From Azolla caroliniana (Eukaryota; Plantae; Polypodiophyta): DNA of 14,814 bases. Location of the stretch: contig JBHGNT010000836.1 in the NCBI GenBank assembly GCA_043228905.1, positions 1-14,814 of the forward strand, given 5' to 3'. The notes under the pieces are model-generated. The model did not search any database and was not told the origin of the DNA. It saw only the letters and a program-made list of their open reading frames with translations. Positions 7,946 through 14,814 of the stretch are shown here, one piece after another; positions within the stretch are counted from its first letter, which is position 1, and the number at the start of each line of letters is the position of its first letter. The position numbers were made by a program, and so were the translations under genes.

Positions 7946-8641
7946 ATATTTGATAGAAAAGAAAAGCTTTTGGGGGTGTCAAGAACAAGTCATTGGAATC
8001 CAAATAACATACTTTAAGTATCCACGATTCCACTTAATACAACATATGTGTGGATGCAAGTTGCAACTTTCAGCTATAATTTGCATATTGGCAACCACAA
8101 TCATTCAAAAATGTGCTCTTTGAAGGGTATCTATCATCTTAAACCAATTATGTTGTGAGGGTTGTGACTTGGAGTGGAGCCTACAATCATGTTAATCAAT
8201 CTTGTGCTTGGGTATATTAAAAACTAAATGTTAGTTTACTAAGTCAAATATGTTGCATGCAAGTGTGGTATGAGATGATGATTTGGTAGTAACCCCATTG
8301 CGGATTAATGCATTTTATGAGACTAGACAAAAAGAATGTTGAGCTAATAGCTTTGTCCTCAAATTAGCAAATATCCAATTGTTTGTTACGCATAGCTACA
8401 TACAAAAATGGGACAATAATAGACTTTCATTACAATTCAATATAAGTTACCCATACCAAAAGTGATTTTGAAACACAATACTAGTATTGTGATCACATTT
8501 GTACAACACATGTAAAATCTTATCAAAATTAGACCTCAATTTGAGAAAAAAAGACGATCAATTTATTTGAAAGGGAAATAGTCTTTATGAAAATAATGGA
8601 GAGTTTGGGGCAAATGTTAATAAATTTGTTATTTCTCATCT

Positions 8642-8806
8642 TATTATGAGCTCTAATTAGGACTAATGACACCAACATTCATGAATACTGCACACAAGTG
8701 ACATGAATGCAAATGTCAATTAAAACCCACTGACGCCATTGGGAAACACTCCTTCTCATTGTGATTATTGCAAACTTAAGCCATTAATTTTCTACTAAGA
8801 TTAAGA
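8642..8806. repeat. Dispersed repeat, copy 2 of 6659-6823
   Basis: Direct orientation, diverged, lacking the inverted arm. Confidence 0.85.
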
Positions 8807-9016
8807 AATTCACATGACTTTATTTTACGTTTGATTGAAGCTAAAAGTCACCTTGCAATGGATAATTGGATTTGTCACATCCATTTGTAGTCCAAGGCAG
8901 ATTTCTTGTTGATATTCTTGCCCTTTTTTTAAACTTTTTCTTTAGTGGGCAACCTTACCAACTAAACTACATCCATCTGGGCAAAGATGAATGTCCAAGC
9001 CCAGGCATTTGGTAAT

Positions 9017-9034
9017 CTCTCTCTCTCTCTCTCT
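9017..9034. repeat. (TC)n microsatellite
   Basis: About 9 TC units. Confidence 0.9.
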
Positions 9035-9087
9035 ACAAATTTCCTCTCTATTCTTATCTCTTGCAAGAAAAGACAATGTCTGCTACT

Positions 9088-9367
9088 TAGCAATCGACAA
9101 TGCTTTGGTTCGCGGGCGTCAAACTCATCAAGTTAAAAACCAAACTATTAAAAGATTTTGAAATTGACACTTAAACTAAACCAAATCGAACCGTCAAACC
9201 GTTTAACCGCTATTTCAAATTGTTTAAATTGAAAATGGTTAAAATGATAAAGGCTCGAATTGAACCAAATCGAATCGAACCAAACTGTTTTAATCGTTAA
9301 CCGTTAAGCAGTTAAGCCGCAGTTTCATGGTTTGGTTCGGTTCAAATTGAATTGTTGCCAATTGCTA
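9088..9367. mobile_element. Non-autonomous hAT-type element (MITE), 280 bp
   Basis: 13-bp TIRs TAGCAATCGACAA (9088-9100) and TTGCCAATTGCTA (9355-9367), 2 mismatches. Flanking 8-mers CTGCTACT and CTAATACT (6/8) form a degenerate TSD. Interior is rich in AACCG/CGAACC/GGTTCGGTT subterminal motifs typical of plant hAT elements. Confidence 0.8.
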
Positions 9368-9669
9368 CTAATACTTCGCTTTTATCAAAAAGCATCAAGT
9401 TTGTTTTCATAGAAGCAATCCGAAGAAAAAGTTGAAAATAATATCAACAAGGAAACCCAGCTTAAATGGATAAGCCCGACCCTCCTAGGTGCCATATAAA
9501 CTTCCCCGTTGCGCAACTACATCAACTTTTCTTCCACAAGTTTTGTCATGCTGACACGACAAAATTTCACATTAAATAGTTGCCTAGTCTCAAGTGAGTG
9601 GATTCAATTGTCAATGAATGGAAGTATGAACACAATATTCTGTCATAGAGCATCTCTAGAAATCCACAA

Positions 9670-10150
9670 AATTCCTCCTCTGTTTGGTGAAATGGATCAT
9701 CACACCAAATGCATATTGTAGTATCCCCTGTCTCTCTATGGTCAAGTGTAGGGCAATCCTCGTCTCTCATTGTCCATGCAATTTGGACATCTCACATAAT
9801 TCTAGCCAAATCATCTATACAATATTTGTTCATCCCCATTGGCTCTCCAACTATGTACTTGTCTTCTTCTTGGTCGTATTTTCTAACTATTGGGTCAGAC
9901 CTTTCTTGCCGTTTGCTTCTTCTTATAGTCTAGAAGCTACTCTTGTCTATGCATATGATATCTTTGCTTGCTTTCACTCCATCCCATGATTCCCATCCCA
10001 ATGTCTTGTCTTCTTTTGATTATGTGTCAAGTTTCCCTGATTCTGTTCTTAAATCTTCATCTCTTCTTCTATCTTCTCTATCTGCACTTTTCTTGCATCA
10101 GAATTTTGTTTTTGTTTGCTTTCATACATGCCTGGTTTTGTTTTCATCAT
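9670..10150 (-). mobile_element. Degenerate retroelement Gag/ORF1-like remnant with two CCHC zinc-knuckle relics
   Basis: Minus strand reads RCPNCMDN/(frameshift)/DEDCP (9792-9750) and CIWCDDPFHQTEE (9713-9675), matching CX2CX4HX4C incompletely. Upstream is K/E-rich broken coding sequence. Confidence 0.4.
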
Positions 10151-12331
10151 CGCACAGATCCTTCGCTGCAGGAGGAGAAGAAGAAAGATGGAGGAATTAC
10201 TCAGGAAGAAAGATTTTAGGGTTTCGAGGCATAAGAAAGTCGCAGAATTAGGAGGCCGAACGGGCACGAGGTGTCTGTAAGAGTTTCGCAGCCGTTTCTC
10301 GGCCGACTGTCCCTTGGTTGGTGCTCGGCCATCGCTCGGCTGTTCGTTCGACCCTCTGGGTTGGTGCTCAGCCAAGTATCTCTCAATCAGCTACCGGCTG
10401 TTGCTTGGCCACATGTTGGCCGACTCTTGATCTCGACTCCCTCTCCGCACACATTCGAATCCCCTTGGGGTGGGGGTGGAGCAACAATCATATAATGGTT
10501 ATATAATATGACGTTACATTTTATACACATATTTATCCTCATTTACACCCGTATAAATTACACATATACCATAAGCCCTTTATCATGTTTGACCCTTACA
10601 CCGCCCCGCCCCGTATACTCCTACGGGCAACAATTTGCAAATTGGCTTTCATCATGGGGAATTTCCATTAGGTAGCTAGACCACTTGAGGTTGTTCTCAT
10701 TTGGTTATTTTAAGAGAAACAGAATAAGATAAGTAGGAGGCAGAGAGACAGAGACTCTGTTTCCTTGTTGCTTCAAAGAGACTCTTAAGTGATGGAAGGC
10801 TATATTTGTAATTAACATAAAGTGAGAGAAAATAGGAACAAATTTATCCAAACCCCTCCATACAAATAACCTTCATCTCCATCCCTTCATCTTTCTTTTG
10901 AAAACCTAATCGAAAACCAAAATCTAGTACCTGTGTGAAAAATACCACTATTTATCAAACATGTATAACTCATCATCTTACATTATATTACCACATTGGC
11001 ATTCATTATCGAGCGATAAGTTTTAGGTGCTAAGCATGCTTTTCCATCAAGTAGTAATAGTGTGTTAAATGCCGATTGGAACTGTGCCAGTCCATATTTG
11101 AAGCGGATTTCCGAAGAACGAATTGGTAATCTGGTAATTATTTTGGAGACTTGACTGTTTTCTTCATTCAATTTTACTTTCCATTTTGGAAATGTTGGAG
11201 TGCTCTTAGTACTCATCAAAATATGATTCAATAATTATGTTCGAGAGTTATGTATTACCAACACCTTGGTAATAAGTTGAGTCTGGATCCTCTCCCAACT
11301 AATGGGAAAGTAGCTCCTGGGCATAATTTTGGGCCCTTGGAAATAGTTAGGCCCAACAAAGTTTTTGGGCATAATTTTGGGATATTACACGGGAAAAGTC
11401 TTGGGAGATTTTGAGCCATAAAATCTATTTAGTGACATTCAATTTTCCTTTTATCAAATAAATGTAGAGAACAAGAGGAGGGGGGACTAAAGTTTTTTTT
11501 TCTAAACTCTTACTTCTTTTTAATGTTAATTTTTCCTATGAAGTAGGTCAAAGGGGGTGAAAATAGTTGGTTTGAAGAATGCGAAAACTCTAGCTAGAAC
11601 TTTTTCCTAGCCTCCCCCACATTAGTTGACAAAGTCCCTCCCTAGATGGCATGCGTAATATTGTGGTTAGGAATTCGCCCAACATTGGGGGGAGATAGGA
11701 ATGCAAATATGCAGAATCTCTTTTGATGAGCAAGTGGTAGGCGAGCAACTTGATTTGGGAGCCAAGCTTTTTTTTCTATGACGATGAGCTTTTGCAGCCG
11801 AGTAGCTAGATGTAGCTAGGTAGAGGGATGTGCATAGAGCCAACAATCACTATAGGCATCCTCAAGCCAAGGGATATTAAAACTATTGGATATGTTTACA
11901 ATAGCAAATATTTCATGATCAAGTGAGTCTCTCAAGACATGATGATGATATGGTAAAGTTATTATCAATTTGCTATTATTATTAATGGCCGATGGATGAG
12001 ATTTTACAAAAACTATGTGCAAGTGGTGTCCATGATGGGAAGGCTAGGTCATGGGGTCCACTAAGACTACTTTGCTCGTCCTATTAATGGATTTAAGTAG
12101 ATACATATTTGGTCAACATACTCACTAATAAATGTAAGGTTGCTTTGGACATTCTATAATCAGTTTTCCTTGCCATTGGGTATGAAGTTCTATATTCATA
12201 TTAGGGAATTAGGATTTTAAACACAACGTTCTCATGGCTAATTTAGCATAACTATACTTGTAAATAAAGTTTTGGAGTAAAGAAGTACATTCAAGAAGAC
12301 TTTTTATCTAGGGTTGACAAACATGAAGATT

Positions 12332-12463
12332 AGTGTCACTTAAAACCCATTAACAATCCTTGTAACAAATAATTACTCAATAGTGCGTTAAACACTAATC
12401 ATGTTATTATTATTACAAGTGTCACTTAAATCCCATTAACAATCCTTGTAACAAATAATTACT
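12332..12463. repeat. 46-bp direct repeat, 86-bp period (12332-12377, 12418-12463)
   Basis: AGTGTCACTTAAAWCCCATTAACAATCCTTGTAACAAATAATTACT occurs twice with one mismatch. Confidence 0.93.
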
Positions 12464-12704
12464 GGATTAAGCACCAATCAAGGTGTCGTAAATACAATGC
12501 CATGTCTCACCGTGTTCTTATTTGTAAGCACAAAGATTCTTAGGATAATTTTCCACGATGATAAAAGCTCATATGGATTAGAAACCAAATAGACACAAAT
12601 AAAGTAATGAAGTCAAATGAGGTTCCGAAAATGAATCACGAAGAGAAACTCATTCACTTTATTGTGTTTGAGCTTCCTTATTTAGGATTCATGTAGAGGT
12701 TGCA

Positions 12705-13005
12705 CTAGTAATAGCCTAAGATCGTGTAGACTGTCTCCTATAATGTAAAGACAAGGAGTAGTAAACTCACGTCCACCTTTGGAGGTTTGTTCATGAGCAA
12801 GGAGGTTCCTTAGCACATCCTCTATGTGCCTTCATACACGACAAGCCGTGGAAGATTGAGCTGAAGTTTTCTCGGATATCACTTCATCACCGATATGTTA
12901 CCTTTCCATGGCTTGAACTGGATGCCGACTTTCGAGAGTTGAGATGTTGTTGGCAGGCGATCACAATGTTTAGATTTTAGCTCCCCAACTCCTTGATTTG
13001 TCTGC
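12705..13005 (-). pseudogene. DUF247 paralog fragment (pseudogene)
   Basis: DRLPTTSQLSKVGIQFKPWKGNISVMK*YPRKLQLNLPRLVVYEGT/EDVLRNLLAHEQTSKGGREFTT...DSLHDLRLL aligns with VRLPTAFQLCEAGISFKACEGNISVMKYDKRKLQLHLPRLVVYNDTEDVLRNLIAHEITSRKQGELLT...DSQEDLAIL of the 411-aa ORF. Stop at 12879-12881 and 2-nt insertion at ~12823-12824. Confidence 0.92.
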
Positions 13006-13920
13006 CATGTATCTAGTAGTTTCAGTAAACTACTAGACTCTTGTAATCCTTGTGTAACCAGAACATATTGGATGTAGGTTTAACAACAACAGGAGCAATA
13101 TTATTGATCTTTGTTGTCATTTCTTCTATCCATTTGGCTTGACCAAGTTGTCGAATGGAGTGGTTTGTATGGCTAGGATGGATGGGTTCATGTGGATGCA
13201 TAGCCCCATTACGTTGGATGGTAATTCTAGTTTCCTTGTTGATATTCCCACCCATCTCTTAAACTACTACTACTTCTAATATGATACTTTCTTGGAGAAG
13301 ATCAAAGTATCATTCCTCTTCTTATACAACAGTGAAGATTGCAATGAATCATAATGTATTCATAATGTGCAGATTGCAATGAATCAGAATTTACTCTTCA
13401 TGGTTCACATATCCTTAAGCAACAAGGATAGTAAATAACAAACATGTTTATCTGTCTTTTAAAGGGAAACGTAGGAGCAAATTAAAATTATGAAGACCTT
13501 ATGTAACATCATAAGGTAACTTCGTATATATGACAACAACAATATTCGTTGGAATATCAAAAAATCCTTATATGGTGAATAAAGGAGGTACTTTGATATT
13601 GTGGCTCAACATTTAACGTTTTTCAACATTGCTAGAATGTCTAGTCTCATCATAGTTGTCACAATGTCCTAATCTAAACGTGCACACTAAATATCAAATT
13701 GACAAGAAACAAGAATATGCCAACATTAATATAGAAAACTCTCCACCCTTGAGTCTTCTTCTATCCCACCAAAACATGTTAATATAAATATAGAAAAAGC
13801 AGAATTGAGACGTAGCCAAATCTGTTTTATATGGTCAATGATTCCTTGTGAAAAGTTAGAATTTGTGGAAGATGTCAATACTCGTGAAATCAGAGGATGA
13901 TATCAATAGTCGCAATGTCC

Positions 13921-14037
13921 TGATGGGAATATGGAGCTGAATCGGGATGATTAAAACTTCAAACACAATTAACCACAAGACAAAAATGAGAGTACACCAA
14001 ATTTTTTAACGTGGAAAACCCAAAATAGGGAAAAACA
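13921..14037 (-). mobile_element. 3' end (U5) of an LTR, truncated
   Basis: Minus strand TTTTTCCCTATTTTGGGTTTTCCACGTTAAAA...TTCCCATCA carries the same motif as the LTRs at ~1170 and ~1555 and ends in CA about 90 nt later. Confidence 0.6.
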
Positions 14038-14391
14038 TGTTCGCGTTCACAAGTGGAAGGATCGCGCATAAATGGAAGGATAAGGGAAATTTTAGGGGTT
14101 TTTCAATGATTTTACAAAACACATTGATACCAGTATCATACATGTTCAAACATACTATGAAAAAGGTTAAAAATCCACTATTTTCGTGATTTAGAAGTAA
14201 CTAAAAAAAGACGAATTTCAAAAAGATACATTCTCAATTTATATCACAAACTTTACAACCAATGTTATTTTATAAGAAATGATTTTTTAGAAATCATAAG
14301 AATTCAAAACACATGCTTTTATATTACTCGATTTGTTACAAGCGGAATGTAGTTACACTTAATAGCCAAATATACATTCATGATCACTCCT

Positions 14392-14814
14392 TTACGGAGA
14401 ATCACTACTATAACTAATATACAATGACGATTCCTCCTCATCATCCTCGGATGTACCAATCAGTGCATTATCTTCGTCATAAACCAAATGGTTTGACTCT
14501 AGATTATATGTAGCAGATCTCGTTTGCCTTTGACTCGAGCCACCTTGTAGACCTGGTAATTTTTCTTTTATTATATCTATTGTTGACTTCCTTAATCGTC
14601 CGGCTTTTGTAAGTGTGAAGTCGTACACGATGATATCCACATGAGAGATATCAAGGGTCGAGGTGTTACGAATGTTTCGCTTCCTCTTCCTACCTCCCCT
14701 TCTTGTTGGGCATTCAATCATCTCCAATGTATACTTACCTGTAAAAGCATTTGCACTTCTAGTGTTGTACCAATGAACATTTATAGACTTGATCGTGTTT
14801 TCTATTTCATGCAT
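14392..14814 (-). CDS. Uncharacterised ORF, probably the C-terminal part of a longer transposon-associated protein continuing beyond the window
   Basis: 140 stop-free codons open to the window edge, with protein-like composition (INVHWY...FTGKY, NLS-like RRGGRKRKR, IIVYDFTLTKAGRLRKSTIDII, acidic tail). Family not confidently recognised. Confidence 0.55.
   Translation of the reverse strand: MHEIENTIKSINVHWYNTRSANAFTGKYTLEMIECPTRRGGRKRKRNIRNTSTLDISHVDIIVYDFTLTKAGRLRKSTIDIIKEKLPGLQGGSSQRQTRSATYNLESNHLVYDEDNALIGTSEDDEEESSLYISYSSDSP

Noticed and set aside
10796-10811. 16-bp match (AAGGCTATATTTGTAA) to the LTR 37-bp unit
   Set aside because: Isolated AT-rich match with no flanking similarity.
10983-12022. 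ORFs 10983-11231 and 11816-12022, and a possible MITE starting GGATCCTCTCC at ~11285
   Set aside because: No recognisable protein motifs, and no convincing matching TIR or TSD.
13022-13255. 77-aa minus-strand ORF as the N-terminal part of the DUF247 pseudogene
   Set aside because: No similarity to the corresponding region of the 411-aa DUF247 protein.

Overview
AT-rich plant nuclear DNA, mostly transposon debris, around one recognisable host gene. The gene is a single-exon DUF247 (UPF0481-like) ORF on the minus strand (3555-4790). Its conserved C-terminal 'FSRPWL + hydrophobic anchor' tail is present in the DNA but is frameshifted, interrupted by a stop and tandemly duplicated. A second, decayed DUF247 fragment lies about 8 kb upstream in the same orientation (~12705-13005). 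Bases 1-2815 hold a doubly deleted Tnt1-like Ty1/copia element with its 3' LTR, an abutting related LTR fragment, and an oppositely oriented copia RNase H/PPT/LTR remnant. Further along are a 46-bp hairpin from a dispersed repeat, a 261-bp tandem duplication, a 280-bp hAT-type MITE with TIRs and a degenerate 8-bp TSD, and a degenerate twin zinc-knuckle (Gag/ORF1-like) remnant. At the right edge an LTR end is cut off by an unclassified ORF-bearing element. The most speculative lead is a short ORF just downstream of DUF247 with a hydrophobic stretch and an acidic DY motif, reminiscent of DUF247 + small-peptide loci. It may well be a microsatellite artefact. All family calls come from motif recognition by eye; no database searches were run.
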